A DNA stretch of 64,000 nucleotides from Azolla caroliniana. Lineage: Eukaryota > Plantae > Polypodiophyta. The notes beneath the pieces are model-generated. The model saw nothing but the letters and a program-made list of their open reading frames with translations. It was not told the origin of the DNA and searched no databases. Of this stretch, positions 42,388 through 54,270 are shown piece after piece (the first letter of the stretch is position 1; each line of letters opens with the position of its first letter). A program made the position numbers and the translations under genes. The stretch spans positions 1-64,000 of the forward strand of contig JBHGNT010000017.1 of NCBI GenBank assembly GCA_043228905.1, in the 5' to 3' direction.

Positions 42388-45300
42388 TAATTCCATATCA
42401 TAGCTAGCGTTGTTAGCTTCGATTCGCATGTTTGAACACAAAAATCCGATATCACACGACCCATGAACATTTTAATTTACCTACTAGTTCTTCCCAACTC
42501 ACTCCTCAAATTTGGTAATTTCGTCATGTCTCTGGACCTGAATTTCAAAATCTTGATTTTTTAATTCCATATCATAGCTAGCGTTGTTAGCTTCGATTCG
42601 CATGTTTGAAAACAAGAATCCGATATCATACTGACTAGGTATGAACATTTTAATTTACTCAAGGGCTCTTGTCAACTCCCTCGTCACGATTTCTAATTTC
42701 GTCATGTCTCTCGACCTGAGTTTAAAAATCTTGATTTTTTAATTCCATATCATAGCTAGCGTTGTTAGCTTCGATTCGCATGTTTGAACACAAAATTCCG
42801 ATATCACACGACCCAGGTATGAACATTTTAATTTACCTACTAGCTCTTCCCAACTCACTCCTCAAATTTGGTAATTTCGTCATGTCTCTCGACCTGAGTT
42901 TCAAAATCTTGATTTTTTAATTCCATATCATAGCTAGCGTTGTTAGCTTCGATTCGCATGTTTGGAAACAAGAATCCGATATCACACGACCTAGGTATGA
43001 ACATTTTAATTTACCTACTAGCTCTTCCAAACTCACTCCTCAAATTTGGTAATTTCGTCATGTCTCTCGACCTGAGTTTCAAAATCTTGATTTTTTAATT
43101 CCATATTATAGCTAGCATTGTTAGCTTCAATTCGCATGTTTGAAAACAAGAATCCGATATCACACGACCCAGGTATGAACATTTTTATTTACCTACTAGC
43201 TCTTCCCAACTCACTCCTCAAATTTGGTAATTTCGTCATGTCTCTCGACCTGAGTTTCAAAATCTTGATTTTTTAATTCCATATCATAGCTAGCGTTGTT
43301 AGCTTCGATTCGCATGTTTGAAAACAAGAATCCGATATCACACTCACTAGGTATGAACATTTTAATTTACTCAAGGGCTCTTCCCAACTCCCTCGTCACG
43401 ATTTCTAATTTCGTCATGTCTCTCGACCTGAGTTTAAAAATCTTGATTTTTTAATTCCATATCATAGCTAGCATTGTTAGCTTCGATTCGCATGTTTGAA
43501 AACAAGAATCCGATATCACACAACCCAGGTATGAACATTTTAATTTACCTACTAGCTCTTCCCAACTCACTCCTCAAATTTGGTAATTTCGTCATGTCTC
43601 TCGACCTGAGTTTCAAAATCTTGATTTTTTAATTCCATATCATAGCTAGCGTTGTTAGCTTCGATTCGCATGTTTGAAAACAACAATCCGATATCACACG
43701 ACCCAGGTATGAACATTTTAATTTACCTACTAGCTCTTCCCAACTCACTCCTCAAATTTGGTAATTTCGTCATGTCTCTCGACCTGAGTTTCAAAATCTT
43801 CATGTTTTAATTCCATATCATAGCTAACGTTGTTAGCTTCGATTCGTATGTTTGAACACAAAAATCCGATATCACACGACCCAGGTATGAACATTTTAAT
43901 TTACCTAGTAGCTCTTCCCCACTCACTCCTCAAATTTGGTAATTTCGTCATTTCTCTCGACCTGATTTTCAAAATCTTTATTTTTTAATTCCATATCATA
44001 GCTAGTGTTGTTAGCTTCGATTCGCATGTTTGAACACAAAATTCTGATATCACACGACCCAGGTATGACCATTTTAATTTACCTACTAGCTCTTCCTAAC
44101 TCACTCCTCAAATTTGGTAATTTCGTCATGTCTCTCAACCTGAGTTTCAAAATCTTCATTTTTTAATTCCATATCATAGCTAGTGTTGTTAGCTTCGATT
44201 TGCATGTTTGAACACAAAAATCCAATATCACACTCGTTAGGTATGAACATTTTAATTTACCTACTAGCTCTTCCCAACTCACTCCTCAAATTTGGTAATT
44301 TCGTCATGTCTCTCGACCTGAGTTTCAAAATCTTGATTTTTTAATTCCATATCATAGCTAGCGTTGTTAGCTTCGATTCGCATGTTTGAAAACAACAATC
44401 CGATATCACACGACCCAGGTATGAACATTTTAATTTACCTACTAGCTCTTCCCAACTCACTCCTCAAATTTGGTAATTTCGTCATGTCTCTCGACCTGAG
44501 TTTCAAAATCTTCATGTTTTAATTCCATATCATAGCTAACGTTGTTAGCTTCGATTCGTATGTTTGAACACAAAAATCCGATATCACACTCGCCAGGTAT
44601 GAACATTTTAATTTACCTAGTAGCTCTTCCCAACTCACTCCTCAAATTTGGTAATTTCGTCATTTCTCTCGACCTGATTTTCAAAATCTTGATTTTTTAA
44701 TTCCATATTATAGCTAGTGTTGTTTGCTTCGATTCGCATGTTTGAACACAGAATTCTGATATCACACGACCCAGGTATGACCATTTTAATTTACCCACTA
44801 GCTCTTCCCAACTCACTCCTCAAATTTGGTAATTTCGTCATGTCTCTCGACCTGAGTTTCAAAATCTTCATTTTTTAATTCCATATCATAGCTAGCGTTG
44901 TTAGCTTCGATTCGCATGTTTGAACACAAAAATCCGATATCACACTCGCCAGGTATGAACATTTTAATTTACCTACTAGATCTTCCCAACTCACTCCTCA
45001 AATTTGGTAATTTCGTCATGTCTCTCGACCTGAGTTTCAAAATCTTGATTTTTTAATTCCATATCATAGCTAGCGTTGTTAGCTTCGATTCGCATGTTTG
45101 AACACAAAAATCCGATATCACACGACCTAGGTATGAACATTTTAATTTACCTACTAGCTCTTCCTAACTCACTCCTCAAATTTGGTAATTTCGTCATGTC
45201 TCTCAACCTGAGTTTCAAAATCTCCATTTTTTAATTCCATATCATAGCTAGTGTTGTTAGCTTCGATTCGCATGTTTGAACACAAAAATCCAATATCACA

Positions 45301-48300
45301 CTCGTTAGGTATGAACATTTTAATTTACGTAGTAGCTCTTCCCAACTCACTCCTCAAATTTGGTAATTTCGTCATGTCTCTCGACCTGAGTTTAAAAATC
45401 TTCATTTTTTAATTCCATATTATAGCTAGCGTTGTTAGCTTCAATTCGCATGTTTGAAAACAAGAATCCGATATCACACGACCCAGGTATGAACATTTTA
45501 ATTTACCTACTAGCTCTTCCCAACTCACTCCTCAAATTTGGTAATTTCATCATGTCTCTCGACCTGAGTTTCAAAATCTTGATTTTTTAATTCCATATTA
45601 TAGCTAGCATTGTTAGCTTCAATTCGCATGTTTGAAAACAAGAATCCGATATCATACTGACTAGGTATGAACATTTTAATTTACTCAAGGGCTCTTGTCA
45701 ACTCCCTCGTCACGATTTCTAATTTCGTCATGTCTCTCGACCTGAGTTTAAAAATCTTGATTTTTTAATTCCATATCATAGCTAGCGTTGTTAGCTTCGA
45801 TTCGCATGTTTGAACACAAAATTCCGATATCACACGACCCAGGTATGAACATTTTAATTTACGTAGTAGCTCTTCCCAACTCACTCCTCAAATTTGGTAA
45901 TTTCGTCATGTCTCTCGACCTGAGTTTCAAAATCGTGATTTTTTAATTCCATATTATAGCTAGCGTTGTTAGCTTCAATTCGCACGTTTGAAAACAAGAA
46001 TCCGATATCACACGACCCAGGTATGAACATTTTAATTTACCTACTAGCTCTTCCCAACTCACTCCTCAAATTTGGTAATTTCATCATGTCTCTCGACCTG
46101 AGTTTCAAAATCTTGATTTTTTAATTCCATATTATAGCTAGCGTTGTTAGCTTCAATTCGCATGTTTGAAAACAAGAATCCGATATCATACTGACTAGGT
46201 ATGAACATTTTAATTTACTCAAGGGCTCTTGTCAACTCCCTCGTCACGATTTCTAATTTCGTCATGTCTCTCGACCTGAGTTTAAAAATCTTGATTTTTT
46301 AATTCCATATCATAGCTAGCGTTGTTAGCTTCGATTCGCATGTTTGAACACAAAATTCCGATATCACACGACCCAGGTATGAACATTTTAATTTACGTAG
46401 TAGCTCTTCCCAACTCACTCCTCAAATTTGGTAATTTCGTCATGTCTCTCGACCTGAGTTTCAAAATCGTGATTTTTTAATTCCATATTATAGCTAGCAT
46501 TGTTAGCTTCAATTCGCATGTTCGAAAACAAGAATCCGATATCATACTGACTAGGTATGAACATTTTAATTTACTCAAGGGCTCTTGTCAACTCCCTCGT
46601 CACGATTTCTAATTTCGTCATGTCTCTCGACCTGAGTTTAAAAATCTTGATTTTTTAATTCCATATCATAGCTAGCGTTGTTAGCTTCGATTCGCATGTT
46701 TGAACACAAAATTCCGATATCACACGACCCAGGTATGAACATTTTAATTTACCTACTAGCTCTTCCCAACTCACTCCTGAAATTTGGTAATTTCGTCATG
46801 TCTCTCGACCTGAGTTTCAAAATCTTGATTTTTTAATTCCATATCATAGCTAGCGTTGTTAGCTTCGATTCGCATGTTTGGAAACAAGAATCCGATATCA
46901 CACGACCTAGGTATGAACATTTTAATTTACCTACTAGCTCTTCCAAACTCACTCCTCAAATTTGGTAATTTCGTCATGTCTCTCGACCTGAGTTTCAAAA
47001 TCTTGATTTTTTAATTCCATATTATAGCTAGCGTTGTTAGCTTCGATTCGCATGTTTGAACACAAAAATCCGATATCACACGACCCAGGTATGAACATTT
47101 TAATTTACCTACTAGCTCTTCCCAACTCACTCCTCAAATTTGGTAATTTCGTCATGTCTCTCGACCTGAGTTTCAAAATCTTGATTTTTTAATTCCATAT
47201 CATAGCTAGCGTTGTTAGCTTCGATTCGCATGTTTGAAAACAAGAATCCGATATCACACGACCTAGGTATGAACATTTTAATTTACCTACTAGCTCTTCT
47301 AAACTCACTCCTCAAATTTGGTAATTTCGTCATCTCTCTCTACCTGAGTTTCTTAATCTTGATTTTTTAATTCCATATCATAGCTAGCGTTGTTAGCTTC
47401 GATTCGCATGTTTGAACACAAAAATCCGATATCACACTCGTTAGGTATGAACATTTTAATTTACCTACTAGCTCTTCCCAACTCACTCCTCAAATTTGGT
47501 AATTTCATCATGTCTCTCGACCTGAGTTTCAAAATCTTGATTTTTTAATTCCATATTATAGCTAGCGTTGTTAGCTTCAATTCGCATGTTTGAAAACAAG
47601 AATCCGATATCATACTGACTAGGTATGAACATTTTAATTTACTCAAGGGCTCTTGTCAACTCCCTCGTCACGATTTCTAATTTCGTCATGTCTCTCGACC
47701 TGAGTTTAAAAATCTTGATTTTTTAATTCCATATCATAGCTAGCGTTGTTAGCTTCGATTCGCATGTTTGAACACAAAATTCCGATATCACACGACCCAG
47801 GTATGAACATTTTAATTTACCTACTAGCTCTTCCCAACTCACTCCTGAAATTTGGTAATTTCGTCATGTCTCTCGACCTGAGTTTCAAAATCTTGATTTT
47901 TTAATTCCATATCATAGCTAGCGTTGTTAGCTTCGATTCGCATGTTTGGAAACAAGAATCCGATATCACACTGACTAGGTATGAACATTTTAATTTACCT
48001 ACTAGCTCTTCCAAACTCACTCCTCAAATTTGGTAATTTCGTCATGTCTCTCGACCTGAGTTTCAAAATCTTGATTTTTTAATTCCATATTATAGCTAGC
48101 ATTGTTAGCTTCAATTCGCATGTTTGAAAACAAGAATCCGATATCACACGACCCAGGTATGAACATTTTAATTTACCTACTAGCTCTTCCCAACTCACTC
48201 CTCAAATTTGGTAATTTCGTCATGTCTCTCGACCTGAGTTTCAAAATCTTGATTTTTTAATTCCATATCATAGCTAGCGTTGTTAGCTTCGATTCGCATG

Positions 48301-48384
48301 TTTGAACACAAAAATCCGATATCACACAACCCAGGTATGAACATTTTTATTTACCTACTAGCTCTTCCCAACTCACTCCTCAAA

Positions 48385-48458
48385 CCCTAAACCCCTAAAC
48401 CCTAAACCCTAAACCCTAAACCCTAAACCCTAAACCCTAAACCCTAAACCCTAAACCC
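48385..48458 (-). repeat. Interstitial telomeric sequence copy 5, 74 bp
   Basis: Identical to copy 1. Confidence 0.98.
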
Positions 48459-51400
48459 TAATTCCATATCATAGCTAGCGTTGTTAGCTTCGATTCGCAT
48501 GTTTGAACACAAAAATCCGATATCACACGACCCATGAACATTTTAATTTACCTACTAGTTCTTCCCAACTCACTCCTCAAATTTGGTAATTTCGTCATGT
48601 CTCTGGACCTGAATTTCAAAATCTTGATTTTTTAATTCCATATCATAGCTAGCGTTGTTAGCTTCGATTCGCATGTTTGAAAACAAGAATCCGATATCAT
48701 ACTGACTAGGTATGAACATTTTAATTTACTCAAGGGCTCTTGTCAACTCCCTCGTCACGATTTCTAATTTCGTCATGTCTCTCGACCTGAGTTTAAAAAT
48801 CTTGATTTTTTAATTCCATATCATAGCTAGCGTTGTTAGCTTCGATTCGCATGTTTGAACACAAAATTCCGATATCACACGACCCAGGTATGAACATTTT
48901 AATTTACCTACTAGCTCTTCCCAACTCACTCCTCAAATTTGGTAATTTCGTCATGTCTCTCGACCTGAGTTTCAAAATCTTGATTTTTTAATTCCATATC
49001 ATAGCTAGCGTTGTTAGCTTCGATTCGCATGTTTGGAAACAAGAATCCGATATCACACGACCTAGGTATGAACATTTTAATTTACCTACTAGCTCTTCCA
49101 AACTCACTCCTCAAATTTGGTAATTTCGTCATGTCTCTCGACCTGAGTTTCAAAATCTTGATTTTTTAATTCCATATTATAGCTAGCATTGTTAGCTTCA
49201 ATTCGCATGTTTGAAAACAAGAATCCGATATCACACGACCCAGGTATGAACATTTTTATTTACCTACTAGCTCTTCCCAACTCACTCCTCAAATTTGGTA
49301 ATTTCGTCATGTCTCTCGACCTGAGTTTCAAAATCTTGATTTTTTAATTCCATATCATAGCTAGCGTTGTTAGCTTCGATTCGCATGTTTGAAAACAAGA
49401 ATCCGATATCACACTCACTAGGTATGAACATTTTAATTTACTCAAGGGCTCTTCCCAACTCCCTCGTCACGATTTCTAATTTCGTCATGTCTCTCGACCT
49501 GAGTTTAAAAATCTTGATTTTTTAATTCCATATCATAGCTAGCATTGTTAGCTTCGATTCGCATGTTTGAAAACAAGAATCCGATATCACACAACCCAGG
49601 TATGAACATTTTAATTTACCTACTAGCTCTTCCCAACTCACTCCTCAAATTTGGTAATTTCGTCATGTCTCTCGACCTGAGTTTCAAAATCTTGATTTTT
49701 TAATTCCATATCATAGCTAGCGTTGTTAGCTTCGATTCGCATGTTTGAAAACAACAATCCGATATCACACGACCCAGGTATGAACATTTTAATTTACCTA
49801 CTAGCTCTTCCCAACTCACTCCTCAAATTTGGTAATTTCGTCATGTCTCTCGACCTGAGTTTCAAAATCTTCATGTTTTAATTCCATATCATAGCTAACG
49901 TTGTTAGCTTCGATTCGTATGTTTGAACACAAAAATCCGATATCACACGACCCAGGTATGAACATTTTAATTTACCTAGTAGCTCTTCCCCACTCACTCC
50001 TCAAATTTGGTAATTTCGTCATTTCTCTCGACCTGATTTTCAAAATCTTTATTTTTTAATTCCATATCATAGCTAGTGTTGTTAGCTTCGATTCGCATGT
50101 TTGAACACAAAATTCTGATATCACACGACCCAGGTATGACCATTTTAATTTACCTACTAGCTCTTCCTAACTCACTCCTCAAATTTGGTAATTTCGTCAT
50201 GTCTCTCAACCTGAGTTTCAAAATCTTCATTTTTTAATTCCATATCATAGCTAGTGTTGTTAGCTTCGATTTGCATGTTTGAACACAAAAATCCAATATC
50301 ACACTCGTTAGGTATGAACATTTTAATTTACCTACTAGCTCTTCCCAACTCACTCCTCAAATTTGGTAATTTCGTCATGTCTCTCGACCTGAGTTTCAAA
50401 ATCTTGATTTTTTAATTCCATATCATAGCTAGCGTTGTTAGCTTCGATTCGCATGTTTGAAAACAACAATCCGATATCACACGACCCAGGTATGAACATT
50501 TTAATTTACCTACTAGCTCTTCCCAACTCACTCCTCAAATTTGGTAATTTCGTCATGTCTCTCGACCTGAGTTTCAAAATCTTCATGTTTTAATTCCATA
50601 TCATAGCTAACGTTGTTAGCTTCGATTCGTATGTTTGAACACAAAAATCCGATATCACACTCGCCAGGTATGAACATTTTAATTTACCTAGTAGCTCTTC
50701 CCAACTCACTCCTCAAATTTGGTAATTTCGTCATTTCTCTCGACCTGATTTTCAAAATCTTGATTTTTTAATTCCATATTATAGCTAGTGTTGTTTGCTT
50801 CGATTCGCATGTTTGAACACAGAATTCTGATATCACACGACCCAGGTATGACCATTTTAATTTACCCACTAGCTCTTCCCAACTCACTCCTCAAATTTGG
50901 TAATTTCGTCATGTCTCTCGACCTGAGTTTCAAAATCTTCATTTTTTAATTCCATATCATAGCTAGCGTTGTTAGCTTCGATTCGCATGTTTGAACACAA
51001 AAATCCGATATCACACTCGCCAGGTATGAACATTTTAATTTACCTACTAGATCTTCCCAACTCACTCCTCAAATTTGGTAATTTCGTCATGTCTCTCGAC
51101 CTGAGTTTCAAAATCTTGATTTTTTAATTCCATATCATAGCTAGCGTTGTTAGCTTCGATTCGCATGTTTGAACACAAAAATCCGATATCACACGACCTA
51201 GGTATGAACATTTTAATTTACCTACTAGCTCTTCCTAACTCACTCCTCAAATTTGGTAATTTCGTCATGTCTCTCAACCTGAGTTTCAAAATCTCCATTT
51301 TTTAATTCCATATCATAGCTAGTGTTGTTAGCTTCGATTCGCATGTTTGAACACAAAAATCCAATATCACACTCGTTAGGTATGAACATTGTAATTTACC

Positions 51401-53653
51401 TACTAGCTCTTCCCAACTCACTCCTCAAATTTGGTAATTTCGTCATGTCTCTCGACCTGAGTTTAAAAATCTTCATTTTTTAATTCCATATTATAGCTAG
51501 CGTTGTTAGCTTCAATTCGCATGTTTGAAAACAAGAATCCGATATCACACTGACTAGGTATGAACATTTTAATTTACTCAAGGGCTCTTGTCAACTCCCT
51601 CGTCACGATTTCTAATTTCGTCATGTCTCTCGACCTGAGTTTAAAAATCTTGATTTTTTAATTCCATATCATAGCTAGCGTTGTTAGCTTCGATTCGCAT
51701 GTTTGAACACAAAATTCCGATATCACACGACCTAGGTATGAACATTTTAATTTACCTACTAGCTCTTCCCAACTCACTCCTCAAATTTGGTAATTTCGTC
51801 ATGTCTCTCGACCTGAGTTTCAAAATCTTGATTTTTTAATTCCATATCATAGCTAGCGTTGTTAGCTTCGATTCGCATGGTTGAAAACAAGAATCCGATA
51901 TCACACGACCTAGGTATGAACATTTTAATTTACCTACTAGCTCTTCTAAACTCACTCCTCAAATTTGGTAATTTCGTCATCTCTCTCTACCTGAGTTTCT
52001 TAATCTTGATTTTTTAATTCCATATCATAGCTGGTGTTCGTAGCTTCGATTCGCATGTTTGAACACAAAAATCCGATATCACACTCGCCAGGTATGAACA
52101 TTTTAATTTTCCTACTAGGTCTTCCAAACTCACTCCTCAAATTTGGTAATTTCGTCATGTCTCTCGACCTGAGTTTCAAAATCTTGATTTTTTAATTCTA
52201 TATTATAGCTAGCGTTGTTAGCTTCAATTCGCATGTTTGAAAACAAGAATCCGATATCACACGACCCAGGTATGAACATTTTAATTTACCTACTAGCTCT
52301 TCCCAACTCACTCCTCAAATTTGGTAATTTCGTCATGTCTCTCGACCTGAGTTTCAAAATCTTGATTTTTTAATTCCATATTATAGCTAGCGTTGTTAGC
52401 TTCAATTCGCATGTTTGAAAACAAGAATCCGATATCACACGACCCAGGTATGAACATTTTAATTTACCTACTAGCTCTCCCCAACTCACTCCTCAAAGTT
52501 GGTAATTTCGTCATGTCTCTCGACCTGAGTTTCAAAATCATTATTTTTTAATTCCATATCATAGCTAGCACTGTTAGCTTCGATTCGCATGTTTGAACAC
52601 AAAAATCCGATATCACACTCACTAGGTATGAACATTTTAATTTACTCAAGGGCTCTTGTCAACTCCCTCGTCACGATTTCTAATTTCCTTATGTCTCTCG
52701 ACCTGAGTTTTAAAATCTTGTTTTTTTAATTCCATATCATAGCTAGTGTTGTTAGCTTCGATTCGCATGTTTGAACACAAAATTCCGATATCACACGACC
52801 CAGGTATGAACATTTTAATTTACCTACTAGCTCTTCCCAAGTCACTCCTCAAATTTGGTAATTTCGTCATGTCTCTCGACCTGAGTTTCAAAATCTTGAT
52901 TTTTTAATTCCATATTATAGCTAGCGTTGTTAGCTTCGATTCGCATGTTTGAACACAGAAATCCGATATCACACGAGCCAGGTCTGAACATTTTAATTTA
53001 CTTACTAGCTCTTGTCAACTCCCTCCTCAAATTTGCGAATTTCGCCATGTCTCTTGACCTCAGTATCAAAATCTTGATTTTTTAATCCTATATCAAAGCT
53101 AGCGTTGTTAGCTTAGATTCGCATGTTTGAACACAGAAATCCGATATGACACGTGCCAGGTATGAACATTTTAATTTACCTACTAGCTCTTGTCAACTCC
53201 CTCCTCAAATTTGCTAATTTCTTCATGTCTCTCGACCTAAGTTTCAAAATCTTCATTTTTTAATTCCATATCAGAGCTAGCGTTGTTACCTTCGATTCGC
53301 ATGTTTGAATACAAAAATCCCATATCATACGAGCCAGGTATGAACATTTTAATTTACTTACTAGCTCTTGTCAACTCCCTCCTCAAATTTGCGAATTTCT
53401 TCATGTCTCTTGACTTGAGTTTCAGAATCTTGATTTTTTAATTCTATGTCATAGCTAGCTTTGTTACCTTCGATTCGCATGTTTGAATACAAAAATCCGA
53501 TATCACACGAGCCAGGTATGAACATTTTAATTTACTAACGAGCTCTTCTCCACTACCTCCTCAAATTTACTAATTTCTTCATGTCTCTCGACCTGAGTAT
53601 CAAAATCTTGATTTTTTAATTCCATATTAGAGCTAGTGTTGTTAGCTACGATT

Positions 53654-54253
53654 TGATGGAAATAATCGACACTTTCCAAACCCTCTCAGCCACAACCAAG
53701 GAAACACACGAATCGTTGTTGCAGAAAATGGGAAATGCAAAAGTAAATAAGTGGACACACGATTTAACGTGGAAAACCCTGTAAGGGAAAAACCACGGGA
53801 GTACAAGACTCCGAACCAAAACTATGCACAGAGAAATATACAATGGCGAGCTGCAAGGCGACGACCTTGAGCTCGCTGTCCTCGCCACAGGCGGCGGAAT
53901 TACACAGAGGCGTCGACCTCTTCGTCTCTCACGCTCTATCTCTCTCACGGCTGCTCTCTCTTCACTCCTCTTGAGTGGAAAAACAGAAAAATGAGTAGCA
54001 ACATTAAAACTGTTTGCCCTAAGTCATATCTATACACATATGACTTTAGGGCTATTTACAACTATAGCCTCAAGGGCCCTTGGCAAACATATTCACAGAT
54101 ATGTCCCCGCATCCGAATCTCTCTCCGGGTACATTCGTCATCCGGCTCGGAAGCCGGGGTCTTCATCATCCGGTTCCGAAACCGCAACCGGGCTTGTCGT
54201 CATTCATCTCCGGACATCCGACCATCCCATCCGGAGGGACCGTAATCCCAACA
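53654..54253 (-). repeat. 3' LTR of the outer copia element (600 bp; sense TGTTGG...CCATCA)
   Basis: Begins immediately after satellite ...GCTACGATT. The first 163 bp match 63838-64000 with 3 mismatches. The other end is inferred from the TG dinucleotide following the PPT. Confidence 0.9.
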
Positions 54254-54255
54254 AA

Positions 54256-54270
54256 CTCCCCCTTCACTTC
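54256..54270 (-). other. Polypurine tract of the outer element (GAAGTGAAGGGGGAG), overlapping the pol stop codon
   Basis: Purine run 2 nt upstream of LTR TGTTGGG. The TGA ending ...HPMPK lies at 54264-54266. Confidence 0.88.

Larger units (their letters stand above)
39340..51480. repeat. Near-identical tandem duplication of a 34-monomer, 6071-bp block; each copy contains one ITS
   Basis: Private variants repeat at offset 6071: GCACGTTT 39911/45982, TCGAAAAC 40451/46522, ITS 42314/48385, GCTCTTCCCC 43911/49982, TCTCCATTT 45221/51292. Confidence 0.92.
1..53653. repeat. 178-bp tandem satellite array (~300 monomers), centromeric or subtelomeric type; continues beyond the left edge
   Basis: CAT(G/C)TCTCTC recurs at 1, 179, 357, 535 and onward (period 178). 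Consensus is approximately CATGTCTCTCGACCTGAGTTTCAAAATCTTGATTTTTTAATTCCATATCATAGCTAGCGTTGTTAGCTTCGATTCGCATGTTTGAACACAAAAATCCGATATCACACGACCCAGGTATGAACATTTTAATTTACCTACTAGCTCTTCCCAACTCACTCCTCAAATTTGGTAATTTCGT. Orientation is the same throughout. Centromere function is only inferred from the nucleosome-sized monomer. Confidence 0.98.

Noticed and set aside
27396-48458. ITS as a telomere-telomere fusion site or as five independent insertions
   Set aside because: There are no inverted head-to-head tracts. Identical length, variant unit, junctions and linked mutations indicate a single origin.
1-53653. CRISPR-like repeat array
   Set aside because: There are no unique spacers, the whole 178 bp is repeated, no cas genes are present and the context is eukaryotic.
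1-53653. Identity with Arabidopsis CEN178 or a 5S rDNA or tRNA array
   Set aside because: Only the length matches CEN178. I recognise neither its sequence nor any 5S rRNA or tRNA motifs. A database search is needed to name the family.
54045-54051. Single TTTAGGG in the outer LTR
   Set aside because: One heptamer is expected by chance, and it is part of the LTR hairpin arm.
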